Source: Eledone cirrhosa (taxonomy: Eukaryota). Taken from it: 64,000 nt of DNA. The stretch is taken from positions 69,874,001 through 69,938,000 of the forward strand of contig OZ024746.1 of assembly GCA_964016885.1 (NCBI GenBank). Reading direction: 5' to 3'. Position numbers and translations under genes: made by a program. Below are positions 1 through 13,298 of the stretch, in pieces. Every line of letters starts with the position of its first letter. The stretch's first letter is position 1. The notes below the pieces were generated by a model. It was not told where the DNA came from and did no database searches. It was given only the letters and a program-made list of their open reading frames with translations.

Positions 1-23
1 TTATTATTATTATTGTTGTTATT

Positions 24-1011
24 CCTTGAATCTCAGTCATTGATGTTGGTTAACTGGAAAGTCCGTTGGATTGAATATCAAGCCACTACCTGCAGCCTCA
101 GATATTCAGGACGTATCGGAGGGTTCTTGCTGTTCCAAGCAAGCATGCCTTTTGAAGCGTTCCAAAAAGCGTGAAGGGGCCGATTTTCTTTAACCATCCT
201 TGGAAACTTTTGGAGATAGTCCCCAGTGCGCCTATGACAATCGGGATCACTTTGACTTCATGGCAGTTCCAAATCCTTTTCACCTCCCACTTTAGGTCCT
301 GGTATCGGTTAATTTTCTCCCTCTCCTTCTCTTGCACTCTCGTGTCGAACGGGCAGGCCACATCCACAATCAGGCACGATCTTTTTTCTTTGTCCACAAC
401 CACCAGGTCAGGTCTATTGTGTTCCAGTTTTTTGTCCGTCTGTATCCTAAAATCCCACAGCACCTTCACCTGATTGTTCTCCATCACCGCCTCTGGCCTA
501 TGCTCATACCATTTCTCAGAATGTGGTAAATTGTTTACTTTGCACAGGTGCCAGTGGATCACCCTGCCCATCACATCGTGTCTCCAGCCCTTATAGTGGG
601 TCTGGGCTAGGTGTTTACACTCGGACACAATGTGAGCCACAGTCTCCTCTCTCTCTCCACAGATCCTGCACAGTGGGCTAGCCTCCTCCTTGTAAATATG
701 GTACTTCAACCACTTCGTTTTGAGGGCCTGCTCCTGCGCAGCCATTAGCATTCCTTCTGTAGCCTTTTTGAGGTCTCCTCTTCTCAACCAGTTCCATGTC
801 TGTGGATCTCTAAATTCAGTTTTCTCAAAGAAGGTACTATGAAGGGATTTTCCCTTAAGGCTGCTCTTCCTCCTTGATGTTATTTCCTCCTTGGACATCC
901 CCTGGCCTACTGTCCCCTCCTTCAGTACAGTTCTGAGCATTGGCTCCTTACTATAGGTCACGTATTTGTATAGGTTGTTTTTCTCCATCTGAACACAGTC
1001 CTCTATGCTGA
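24..1011 (-). mobile_element. 5'-truncated R4/Dong-clade non-LTR retrotransposon (zinc knuckle + restriction-like endonuclease), inserted in (TAA)n
   Basis: ORF 98..988 has CRICGEREETVAHIVSEC, RHD, RPDLVV..D and K..Y motifs. It is highly similar to 19125..19988 and is bounded by (TTA)n at 1-23 and 1012-1107. Confidence 0.92.
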
Positions 1012-1013
1012 TA

Positions 1014-1107
<94 letters not shown>
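1012..1107. repeat. (TTA)n microsatellite
   Basis: Pure trinucleotide run. Confidence 0.98.
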
Positions 1108-1108
<1 letters not shown>

Positions 1109-1299
1109 TCTACATTACTTACATCAAACTAAAATATGTTGACAATCTTTTAATAATGTCTTCCTTGTGAAATTTGTGGTCTTGTTTTGCTTAACTAATG
1201 AATATATATACATATATATACATACAAATTTAAACGATATACCAAAAAATCTCTTTCATATATCTAGTTGAGAAACAACCAGTATCATGTACATATATA

Positions 1300-1592
1300 A
1301 TAATGGTTTCTTATATAGTCACAAGGCCAGCATTTTGGGGAAGGGGAAAGTCGATTAAATCGATATCAGTGCATTACTGTTACTTTATTTTTATCGACCC
1401 CGTAAGGATATAAGGCAAAGCTAACCTCGGTGGGATTTGATAATGACAATAATAATGATTTCTACTTTAGGCATAAGGCCAGCAATTTTGGGGGAGGGGG
1501 AAAGTCGATTAAATCGACCCTAGTGCACTACTGCTGCTTTATTTTATTGACCCCGTAAAGATGAAAGGCAAAGCTAATGTCGGTGGGATTTG
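1300..1592 (-). mobile_element. Two tandem partial copies of the dominant tRNA-derived SINE
   Basis: Reverse complement of actttgcctttcatccttacggggtcgataaaataaagtaccagt...ggccttgtg..agaaa present twice. Confidence 0.85.
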
Positions 1593-1599
1593 ATGATAA

Positions 1600-2110
1600 T
1601 AATAATTTCTTTATTAGCCACCTGGGCTGACATTTAGCAGACAATACAAAGGACAGAGACAATAGGGGTTTTACAAAAAAATCGAAGAAACAGTATAAAA
1701 CGCAACAACAATAAACAATATAATTATAACAATACAATACCCCAATTGGGAGGGGAGCGGGGTCATCCAGGGGCGACTCTTGAACGCCACCAATATGAAC
1801 CATCCGACGCTCCAAGAGCACCCGAACAGGGCGCTCCTCTCCTCTCCTCCCATCTCTGAATCAGTCACCCTACAGGCGCATGCTCTGAGTAGGCCCATTC
1901 ATACGGGCCATTCTCGCCACATTCACTCACCTGTTAGCAAATGTACTGGGGGGGGGGGGGCAGCACTACCCTTTCCACCTTCACCTCCCTTTCCGAGTGA
2001 AACTTGAAAAAGTTGATGAGGGATTGGCCGAAGAGAAAAGTGTCTGTCTTCAGTCCAATCAGCCTCGTCCACCACACAACCACTTTCACTATAGCCACCA
2101 GACAGAGAAA
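1600..2110 (-). mobile_element. 3' fragment of Tx1/L1-clade LINE
   Basis: CLVAIVKVVVWWTRLIGLKTDTFLFGQSLINFFKFH matches the C-terminus of 13406..15277. The 3' end has AATAAA plus a (TTA)n tail. Confidence 0.85.
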
Positions 2111-3093
2111 AATTATTGTTGTTGTTGTTGTTTGCGATGCTGCTTGTAGTGGTGGTAGTGGTAACACTGTTCATAATGGTGATGGTGGGTCGGTGTCACT
2201 CCTCTCAACCTTTGAGCCGATGTCAAGTGACAGTTGGCTCAACGTGAGGGAACGAATTCCGTCCATATTTTTTGACAGAAAAAATTATTTCAAACAATAA
2301 AGAGACTGAACGTGAATTAGCATCCGTTTTAGGACTCAAGGGGGTGTAGACTTCCCCGCCTTCCTTGGAAATGTAACTGTTGGTATGACTGACGAGGCTA
2401 CAAGAACAGTAGCTCTGATTATCTGCTCTTAATTTAAGCCCCAAAAGGACAGAAAGCTCTCAAATGGCTTTTGCTGTCATGTACTATCAGTCTTATTACA
2501 TTTGACTCTGCACATATAATAAAGCAAAATTCAGGAATGACCTTGTGATGTCGAAAAATCCTGAGGACTTGCAAACTTGCAATGTCATATTGAGCCCTCC
2601 CGATCATTTATTCTTTCTTATTACCTTGGTATTTATTACATGGCCATCTTGCTTGCTTAACAAAGGTGACTATGACCCATTTGCTATGCTTCTGACTTTT
2701 GTGTTTCGCCGTCCCATGTACTGAAATACATGTTCGTGTGCAGGTTTTCGTGCACTAGTTATGTTTGTCCCTTCACTTCCTCATCGCTCCCTAAAGTCAG
2801 ACAGACTAGCTCTTCTATTCATAAAACCTTAGCCCAGACGTTAGATATTGCATCCTTAAATTTATTTTTGGAAGACTTAGAAAGGTCTCGTGAGACAAAA
2901 GTAAATCAATTTTCTTCGTACTCGATTCTAAATATAATTTTGGGCAAAAAGATAATCTTTTGGGAATTAATGTAATCACTGGCCTGTCTAAGACTGTCCT
3001 TTCTTCATATTTCAACATTCAACAATGGATGCTACACTGGCGAACGACGTTTGTGTCTGTGTGTTAGTGTCAAAGTTTTTTGTTGTTGTTGTT

Positions 3094-3132
<39 letters not shown>

Positions 3133-3939
3133 ACTTCTACTGCTGCTCTTATTTGTCATGAAAATTGTCTTTATCAAACGTACGATTGCGGCTGTCATTA
3201 TGTACGTCAGTAATACACTGGGATAATTGCTGGGGGCAGGGAGTGGGGGTGGTTTATACACAAACAATTAGAATACACAGCAAATCACCAATTTTACATA
3301 TCAAAGTTAGCTTGGCGCAAGTAATTGGAGTTGGAAAAATTGAAAAAATCTAACCATCCTCATTTTACGCCCACTTTTCTCTCTGACATGTGTTGAACGG
3401 GTAGTCACAGTCCGAGACCAGACATAACAGAGCGACAAATCGGATGCCCTTCCTAACATAACCACTTTAGAGTGTTTACTGAGTGCATTGTTTTTTGCAA
3501 TAGAAGCAGAACCCCTTTACACAGTTGACTAGGTATATTCTATCAAGGCAACAACACTAACAATTTACAGGATGGACTGCATACATTTTATCGTGGCACT
3601 AGAACTAAAGAGGTCACATTAAACACTATTGTCTGCATGCCATTGCCAAACATTTGTACCCAGCAGAGAGCACAAATAAATTGCTACGGTCGTCACTGGT
3701 GCCCCATCCCACTGCGAGGTCCCCCAGGGCAATTAGTCTGTCTAAGGCCCTTGTTGAGACACGACAGGCTGTAAAAGATTTTATCTATTTACCTTGCAAA
3801 CCATAAAAAAACAGTGTTTTTTTTAAATTTAGACAGAAGGTGAGGGGTGGGGAATACCGATCAAGTTAACTTTGATACTTAACAGACTTTTTTTTATCTT
3901 CTATGGAAGGATGAAAGTAAAAATACTTCAACGTTCCGC

Positions 3940-4270
3940 GGTGGTAAACCCCTCATCTTCACTTTCTCCAATGGCAACCCGGTGCAATCTGTGACTAATC
4001 CAGGCTCTGCTGCACTTCGGACCGAAGAGGGTAAACTCTCCAAATATCAGTTGCTCTCCGACAGGTTTGAGGTCGAGCCCTTAGTAATGGAGACTTCTGG
4101 TGTCCTTGGTTCTAGGATCACCTTCCTACTCACTACCATCGGCACAGAATTGTCTACCCGCAGTTGTGAGCCTCGTTAGCTGGAATGGCTCTTCCAACGC
4201 GTCGCCCTCACCACCCTCCGGAGAAACGCCTTCTCTATTCTATCCGCCGGGGCCGCCAGCGTGTGGGATT
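3940..4270 (+). mobile_element. CRE-clade non-LTR retrotransposon 3' fragment (RLE C-terminus), degenerate
   Basis: PGSAALRTEEGKLSKY...FEVEPLVMETSGVLG...*LEWLFQRVALTTLRRNAFSIL resembles the CRE-type K..KY / P.A.ET.G / LFQRLS...RGNA ending. Confidence 0.7.
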
Positions 4271-4351
4271 CCATTTGCTTATAATAGTGACAAACAGGGA
4301 GAGCGAGAGGGACGGAGGTAGTGACAATGGGAATTTGATTCTATTATGTTA

Positions 4352-4707
4352 AGTCCCGCCGATGTTAACTTTGCCTTTCATCCTTACGGGGTCGATAAAA
4401 TAAACTACCAGTAACGTACTGGAGTCGATTTAATCGACTTGCCCCTCCCCACAAATTACTGGCCTTGTGTCTATACTAGAAATCATTATGTTAAGTCCTT
4501 ATTAAGCCCCTTAAGGGCGGCGGATTGGCAGTATCGGTAGAGGGTCGGACGTCATGCTTTGATGCATAAAGTTACGGCCCTTTCCATTCTGAGTTCAAAT
4601 CCCGCCGAGGTCAACTTTGCCTTTCATCCTTACGGGGTCGATAAAATAAAGTACCAGTAATGTACTGGGTAATTGCTGGCCTTGTGTCAAAAAGTAGAAA
4701 CAATTAT
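4352..4707 (+). mobile_element. tRNA-derived SINE, one partial and one full copy
   Basis: A-box tggcagtatcgg, B-box gagttcaaatccc, conserved core and 3' tail ggccttgtg..agaaacaattat. Confidence 0.88.
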
Positions 4708-5145
4708 GTTAAATCCTTATTAGGAACTTGTTATCTATAAGTATCTATAAAATCAACTTGGTAACTTGGCGTGGTGAACACTTATATAGGACTGTCAATT
4801 TTAAGAGGACACAAGAACATAAATAAGTTTATGGGGTATTCTAAAGCAAAAGCTGACATATCTATCATCTCTGCAGCACGGCCTAGCTATTCATAGAAAA
4901 AAAAAACATCAATACAACACACTGATGAGACTATATATGATCTCCTACTCAATAAGAGGGTCTGTTACTCACTAATATTCAATTCAATTTGTTATTTCCT
5001 ATTTTAGCATATTTTTATCAACTTTTGTTTTTGAACTCGAGATCTAGAATCTATTATAACCTCGATAAACAATGGGAAAACTCTGAATTGTCAAACACAA
5101 TCTGAATGATATAATTGCTGTTGAGCCTCTGAACTGGAGATCTGA

Positions 5146-5258
<113 letters not shown>

Positions 5259-5325
5259 TTGAACAGTGTTCCCATATATTGATACACATTCGTAAAGAGA
5301 CAATCTAGTTTGTGAGTGTATACCC

Positions 5326-5372
<47 letters not shown>

Positions 5373-6184
5373 GATATCCACGGTAAGTTGTGGGGTCTAA
5401 TCTGCATGAAGAACTCAATGTAATCCATATGTTGAAAATGTTGTAGGTTAAAATAAATCCCGGAAAACAAAAAAACATTAAAAGGAAAACAGAGTCATGA
5501 TATAAGTTAAAACAATGAAATAAAAAATCAAGTCATTAGAAATATACTTCAAAGCAGTGAAGTATATTTCTAATGACTTGATTTTTTATTTCATTGTTTT
5601 AACTTATATATATATATATATAAGTTAATATATATTAATATATGATAAACACATACGTGTTTGTATTGCAAAAGACGAAGTTAGCTAGAATGAAATAAAC
5701 TAATTAAAATGAATACAATTTGTCTGTCTCGATATAAGTCAATAAAGACAAGCTTATATTGGCAAAAGCCGTGATTCCTGGACAAATTTAAATTTCAAAA
5801 TCCAAATCTGCTCCGTAGATGAATTTGAACTTCAAAACCTAAATATGTTTCGCAACGATGGTATAAAAAGTGAAATATAAAAAGTGAAATTTTCAAATCT
5901 TCTGTGCTTATCAACAGGAATCCAGTAAAATTAGTACATTTCACCTCCAAAAATTTTGTAGGACTGATTCACACGAGGTATAATCAGCTATACCAGCCAA
6001 ATAACGGTTGTTATTTCTACCACTGTGAGTATGGGATGGCTAGTATAGCTGATTATACCTCGTGTGAATCAGTCCTACAAAAGTTTTGGAGGTGAAATGT
6101 ACTAATTTTACCCACTCTACTACCCTAAGTATTGAGTACTTTGGTGCGTTATGGTCCACCTGGTTCCTTACCACATTTCCTTCG

Positions 6185-6219
<35 letters not shown>

Positions 6220-6224
<5 letters not shown>

Positions 6225-6900
6225 GTTTACGAACGACCAACTCCTAAACAAAAAAGACGAACTTGTAACTGCATGTAAACACCGATTGCTTAGCACTTAC
6301 CTCGCCCTCAAACCCCCTCATGACCCGGGTGGGTAGACAATGGCTGCAGTATCCTTTTTTTCCCCACTTGCCGAACAAGATAGGGGAAACCCCAGCTAAC
6401 ATAGGTAGATGTACTTCTTTTCTTTTCCTTTTTCTTTTCTTCTCTCCTTTATCCCTTCCTATCACTTCCTTCCACTCCCTCTCCTCTTTCTTTTCCTTTT
6501 TCCTCTTTCGCCTACCCCGAGGCAGCCCATCGGGCTTTTGTAGCCCCAGTACCCCAACCCCAGTAAGTTATATATAGCACTGGCCGAAAACGCAATACCA
6601 ACTAAATATAGCAGCTGCTTTAGACTCTAGAGATTTTTTAATTACTTTTGACCGGCTCCACCCACTCCCTCATTGTTCTACAGGCAAGTTCAGCCACCGC
6701 CACATCCCACCCACTGCCATGAAAGATTTAATTGTGTTTACAAGAAATTTTGACCAATCCTTTTGACAACTACAATCTTCCCATATAAGGAATTACCCCT
6801 TGAAAAGTTCGGCTATTTATTTACCACGCTTAAAATTCTAATTTAGTCCAGAAATAGCCGTCGAAACGACTTGAGCTCCGCCGTCGGGGTTAAACTTTTT

Positions 6901-6903
<3 letters not shown>
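6220..6903 (+). mobile_element. Penelope-like element 3' fragment (end of GIY-YIG domain + pLTR), family A
   Basis: DQLLNKKDELVTACKHR at the start. Homologous to 59091..60600 (-), flanked by (TA)n, with a hammerhead near the 3' end. Confidence 0.8.
6795..6890 (+). ncRNA. Type I hammerhead ribozyme, U3-A8 core variant (family A)
   Basis: Stem I ACCCC/GGGGT; core TTGAAAA; stem II CGGCTATTT/AAATAGCCG with long loop; GAAA; stem III ACGAC/GCCGT (1 mismatch); GUC cleavage triplet at 6883-6885. Confidence 0.75.
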
Positions 6904-6943
<40 letters not shown>

Positions 6944-7499
6944 TGAACATTTTCCCATATATTGATACACATCCGTAAAGAGACCATCCAGTTTGTCTAC
7001 TTATTCACCAAAATGCTCTTCAGCTTTCAATATTTTGACATCGTCAAGAGTGTATTTCCATTGACTACTTTATCTGTATCGGATGATGAGATAGATTTCT
7101 GCACAAAGCCACTTAACTCACATTAAACATTGTTATGAAGAGGAAAGTAACAAAACAAAACAAAAGTTGAATAAAACAGCAACGTCAGCAACAATAAGAG
7201 GAAAATACATCAACAACAAATACAATTGTTTGTTAATAACAGCAATAGGAAAATTGTTTAGTCATAATCATGTGGGTTCCAGAAGTATCGCCCCCAAAGG
7301 ATTAAATGAAGATAAAATTCTTGGAAATATTTGCATCATCATCATTATTAATAATTCGATGTCTGAGTTCAAATCCCGCCGAGGTTAACTTTGCCTTACA
7401 GGGTCGATAAAATAAAGTACCAGTAATACATTGAGTAATTGCTGGCCTTGTGCCAAAAGTAGAAACAATTATTAATAATTTGATGTAATTTGATGATTA

Positions 7500-8745
7500 A
7501 GTATATTTTTATTTACTTTTACTGGTTTCAGCTGCGTTTACAGCCTTTTCGAAAAGGTTTTCATTACAGTCTTTCGTGTTTATCTCACATGGTTGCTCGC
7601 TTGTGTTCTTCTTGAACACAAGGGATGCAACTGGTTTTATTTTTGTTGCTTATATCGAGAATATGGTTAATTACAAGGGAAGTAATTCAGGCTTTTATTT
7701 TCAATAAAATGTGTTTTTTAAGTGTGTAAAAAATTGAGTTTTGGTTGGAATTTACTTATGAAAAATCTTTCCTTATTTATAAGTTTTTCCTGAGTGAAAT
7801 TTTCACTACACTGGTAGAATAGGAAGACATCGAAATTTGGCAGAATTCTTCCTCCACACTCCTGGTATGTGAGTCATTGGTCTGTTGACGGTGAACCGTC
7901 ATTCGTCTTCGGAGAGTCTGTTTGTCCAATATAATGCTCGTGGCAGCCTTTTCACGTTATAATGTATATTAGATGTTCCAAGTTGCAAGAGAAATCATTT
8001 TAAATTTTAAAGATGGGACCGTCTTTGAAATTAAATTCATTGCCCGCTAACATATTGTTGTATACTCTGCAATGAGGTTGATTGAACCTTTTTACTTTAG
8101 GTTCTTTAGTAACGGTTGGCAGTTTTGCATTCGTTGGTATTTTTTTTAGTGAGTTTGGTCGTCATTTACTTTTTATGATTAGATGTTTTTGAAAAATGTT
8201 TTTCTTTTAATTGTCCTTTGGTAAGATAAGTAAGTTTAGTTGTATGTGTGTATATATCTCTGTTCTTTGGATTGACAGTTGAAATGTATGGTATGACCTT
8301 TTTTTCTTGTTTTGCTTTTGTTTCTCGGGGTGTTTGGATATTGATTTGACTTACTTTTTGGATACTATTGTTGATTCAATCCTGAGGATATTTTCTCTTG
8401 ATAAGTATTTGTTTCATCCCTTCTAGTCTGTGGTCTCTGATTGTTGGGTTTGAGACTATTGTACAGATTCGCTTGGCTAAATTAAAAGGGATGTTGGTAC
8501 AGATGATTGATGGATGAGAAGATGTAAAAAAGAGGTATTGTCAGGAGTTAGTAAGTTTGAAATATATGTCAGTTTCTAATGTTCTGTTTCTTTTTGTTAT
8601 TAGAATATCTTAAAATGGAAGTTTTGTATTGCTAAAATCCACAGTGAATTAGATATTCAGGTTTATATCATTGATGAGGGTTTGAAATTTTTTTAGTTGG
8701 CTAAGATTCTCCCTCCACAATATGAAGCAGCCGCCCATAATATAA
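7500..8745 (-). mobile_element. Degenerate Penelope-like element (RT thumb + GIY-YIG)
   Basis: Frameshifted translation contains TDIYFK..QYLFFTSSHP, IPFNLAKRICTIVS, YIGQT and RRRMTVHRQQ. Confidence 0.75.
7516..7556 (-). ncRNA. Minimal type I hammerhead-like motif (U3-A8 type, U4>C)
   Basis: CTTT-TCGAAAA-GGCTG taaacg CAGCT-GAAA-CCAG-TA-AAAG, at the 3' end of the Penelope-like fragment. Confidence 0.55.
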
Positions 8746-9463
8746 TAAAATAATAAACGTACATAAAAATCTCGCTATGGGTATATTATGTTCTGATCAT
8801 GTTACAGCTATCTCAGTAGCCGCCTGAGAACGCCAAACACCTGAATTTCAGGATTTCTATCCATTTTCTGTTACGTTCGCTTACTCGGTATAAAGTCAAA
8901 TAAACTGGGAGCTAATATAGAGATTTTTGAAAATGATACATTTATGGGGATGCTTATTTGCATATAGTGCGGGTTTGAAGGGTTGATACTAATTAGCAGT
9001 AGCCCTAAAATAACATAATTCATAATAGAGGTGTTTATTATACATAAACAGGTCGTATATACTTTCATATACACCTCTGCTATCAATAAATGATATACAG
9101 CAATCCATTTATCCCACCCTTCTTCCCCACCATTTATCTCATTCTTTAATATTCAACTTATATTTCGTCTCGTCGATTTCATCCTGAAAAATTAATGTCT
9201 AAAAAGGAAATCATTACATGGACTGAACTATACCATAAAAACTACAGATTTTAAATACGTTTTTTTTTTCGTACATAAAACCAAACATCTTAGACAATTT
9301 AATCTTGCTTTTTCTTAAACGTTTTATTTCACTTCGTTTATTAGCTTTTACAGTATATTTTCTTCTCTTTCTGTTGCCTTCTTTTACTTTGCCCATCTTT
9401 ACATTTACGAAAGACACACACACACACACACATATATATGATATAATATACCCACCCACACAC

Positions 9464-9525
<62 letters not shown>

Positions 9526-10045
9526 CACATATATATGAATATACATATTACGAATTTATCGTCGCATTCCTTGCCGTTTCACGAGTCGATATATAAAACT
9601 ATTAATGTTTCCATTATAGATACAAATTGCTGACTGGTCGTCTCCTTCGAGATGACCCCACTACCACCTCTACCATTAAAACAGTTTACATTTCAATAAA
9701 GAATTGGCAATTTGGTGCATATTTAATCTGATTGACTTTATAATGTCAAAGAAAGACACGGAACTTTACAACCTCTACATCACACACAACCTAACCAATC
9801 TTAAAACTCCACTCAACTCTACTTTGGTTTTATCAATATAGTTTTTGTAATGCAATATAGAAGACTATTGTTTTAATGTTATCAAGTAAGTAAAACCTTT
9901 TGATGAGCATTCACATAAGTAATAAGCACGCGAAGAAGAACCAGCCATACACAACTATATGTATTACACTGTGCGTATGAGAATGTATGTATACACAAAT
10001 ACATACATACATAAATGCATACACACACGCGCGCGCGCACACATA

Positions 10046-10084
<39 letters not shown>

Positions 10085-10286
10085 GTATATATATGCATTT
10101 AAAAAATTCATTAAGATACACATGCAGTCCAAATTACACCAAAACTAATATGCAATTTATGTGGACGGCTTTTTAAAAGTATATCTAGTCAAAAAAGCCA
10201 TATAAGATCTCATGCCAGAACTAAGCACCATATACACTGAAGTGATCAAGCTTTGTATTGAGCAGACAACCTATATATATATACTG

Positions 10287-10320
<34 letters not shown>

Positions 10321-10324
10321 AAAT

Positions 10325-10355
<31 letters not shown>

Positions 10356-10916
10356 CATATATATATATATAAAATATATATATAGATATATATATACATC
10401 CATATACACATACATACACACACACACACATATATATATACATACATATATTTATATATATATATATATATATATATGTATAGAGTAAAGCATGTCCAGA
10501 GAATTATTTGATAATATATATACATCATTTCTACTCTCAATCAGCATAATTAACCACACAACAAATCAATTAGACCAGGCTATAAGAATAAAAGGCACCT
10601 ATGAAGAAACAGTAAATAAATACGCCACAGCAGCGTCTTTTCGGCCAACCGCTATAGAATATTTACCCAACATTTCAACAGCACGTCTTGTATATATATA
10701 TGTATATATCTGGTCGATTTATACATGCTGTCGAAATGTTCGATAAATACTCCGTAACCGCCGCGAAGGGGCTGCTTTCGGTTATTTGTCGGAGATTTCT
10801 TCATAGGAGCCTTTATTCTTATAGCTTGGTCTAATTGATTTTTTATATGGTTAATTATGCTAATTGGGAGAGGAAACGGTATATATTTTATCTAGTGATT
10901 CTATAGACATGTTTTA

Positions 10917-11002
<86 letters not shown>

Positions 11003-11187
11003 TATTGATTAGTTTTTTCGTGGTTCTGGTATTGTATGGCTGGGTTTTGCCTGCCGCAATTTTCAATTTGTCAAGCTATCTAAACGTATGTTATTACTCT
11101 GAGGGCCTACCCTTATTGAGTGCTTTGCTACTCATTCCTAACTGTAGGCCGATTTTGCTTGGCCGCAGCCAAAGCTTCGATTTTATT

Positions 11188-11235
<48 letters not shown>

Positions 11236-11291
11236 TAAATGAAATAAAATAACAGGAGGCTGGACTGGTGTAAATCCTTGAAAGGTTTATT

Positions 11292-11349
11292 ATACTATGA
11301 TCATTTCAATGACCGGATTCCATATGAATCCGGTGATATCATCAGGTAT
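11292..11349 (-). ncRNA. Minimal type I hammerhead ribozyme
   Basis: ATAC-CTGATGA-long stem II (ACCGGATTC/GAATCCGGT)-GAAA-palindromic ATGATCAT-A-GTAT. Confidence 0.7.
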
Positions 11350-11900
11350 TGGAATATAACAAAGGAATATGTAAAAAACCATGGGTCCGAAAAATCAGAG
11401 ACAGAGACAAAGAGGGCGACGACCAACTAGCTTCTCGGCCAGTTGCCCTCCGAGTGTTGGCAACAAAATCTACTAATGAATATCTGGTGAGGGGGCGATG
11501 GCTTATAATGCACTACCACCACTCCGTCAAAGAAAAAGGGGAAGAAAGAAAGGGAGAAAGAAGTGTAGTGTAAGAGTCATACTACATTTATGCTAGAAAA
11601 TGCCGCGAAAAAATGCTACCCCAAAGAATCTATAATGGGTGTCTGTATGGTCTAATGTGTGAACCGAAGATTGGAACGTTAAACTTATGTTGCGAGTTAT
11701 AGGATGAAATTGAATTAAATTAAAAATATTAAATTGCAAAATGATAAATTGAAAAATAAGTTATTAGAGAATTAAAGATTAAGGTAGCGAGATTTATTTA
11801 TTTAATGAACTTACGGAGAGAGTCTTATATGAAAAAATTTATCTCGATAAGATATTAGGATGGCATATAGAGTAAAGATTTCGATTGGGAGTCCCAGCCA

Positions 11901-11989
<89 letters not shown>

Positions 11990-12549
11990 GAGAAGAATGA
12001 ATACTGCGTGGTTGCATATGATAAAAATAGTCCTTCATCAGAGATTTTCCAACCTTCATTGGTATTTCATAGCTTTAAAATTCATATACCTCCAGTGCGA
12101 GCAATAGCTAAATAAAGCTATTTGGACAAGTAAATCGCGTAAAGCGAGCGAGACAAGTAAACAAACATAGGATAGCAACGCAAAGATAGGAAAAAACAAG
12201 CACATGGGAGTCCGATCAGCTTTAGCTGTGTGGATTTCATGAGCGAGAGACAGCAGACCGTCCGACGCGGGTGAGGTGTGAGCAAGAAAAGACCCCACTT
12301 CAGGCCAAACGGGAGGAAGTGAGAAGGGGAGAAGCAGAGAGTGAGTGAGTGGAAGTGCGAGGAAGAGGCCAGTCGAGAGAAAGTGTAACTGACAGAGGGG
12401 GCGAAATAAGGTGAGAGAAACAGAGAGAGAGAGGGGGGGGAAGCAGTAAGAGAGAAACAGAGAAACAGACAAACATGAGAAGAATGAATACTGCGTGGTT
12501 GCACATGGGTTACATATGATAAAAATAGTCCTTCATCAGTGATTTTCCA

Positions 12550-12580
<31 letters not shown>

Positions 12581-12743
12581 GAAAATTTAGTATATCTACC
12601 AACATATGCGTACAGATGTACACTAATGCTAGCAAATACATAGGTTATGTCATAGTACCTAGGTGGTTCAATGCAGGAGGATGCAGAACAATAATATGAA
12701 AGACGTAAAATAAGAAAATTTAAAAAAAAATTAAAAATTAAAA

Positions 12744-12776
<33 letters not shown>

Positions 12777-12925
12777 TTATAGTTACCGAGACGATAGGGA
12801 AAATATTTTCTATAGTCCATCTGCTCTCGGATTTCTCACTCAATAAGAAATAGTTTGAACGCATACGTGAGCCAACCATACTCAGAGTGCAAGAAAAACG
12901 TATATTTGTAATGGAGTGGTTGCAT

Positions 12926-13060
12926 ATCTATATATATACAGTTGTAGTTCCTGTCTGTTTGTCTGTTTGTTTGTTCATGAACTCCTCCTATGGTTTTGGA
13001 GATAGACCCCCATAACCATATATATTCTGAAACTACATCGCCCAGGATACGTATATTTCA
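12926..13060 (+). mobile_element. Possible 5' fragment of non-autonomous Helitron-like element
   Basis: aTCTATATATATA start followed by (GTCT/GTTT)n, similar in style to 41640 onward. No 3' end seen. Confidence 0.4.
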
Positions 13061-13159
13061 TTTAATAAAAAAAAAAACGAGATGTCCCACACGCGTGAAA
13101 GTATAAGGAAAAAATATCGAAAATACAGCTGGAGTCTTTTTAGGAATATTTATTTGTTT

Positions 13160-13196
13160 CCTTTACCGATTTCACATTTCTTATGCTTTTCAAAAG
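13160..13196 (-). ncRNA. Minimal hammerhead, U3-A8 variant (family B, diverged copy)
   Basis: CTT-TTGAAAA-GCAT aagaa ATGT-GAAA-TCGG-TA-AAG; homologous to 41014..41051. Confidence 0.6.
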
Positions 13197-13247
13197 TAGA
13201 ATTGAGATTGAAGGTTTGTGGTTTTTCTCGCATCTGCGAGAAAATCC

Positions 13248-13295
<48 letters not shown>

Positions 13296-13298
<3 letters not shown>

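Noticed and set aside
4515-4605. tRNA-like A/B boxes
   Set aside because: These are SINE heads; no complete cloverleaf.
12020-12075. CTGATGA with upstream GAAA on the minus strand (also ~12530 and 62540-62580), suggesting a type II hammerhead
   Set aside because: Stem II does not close and there is no correctly placed NUH triplet.
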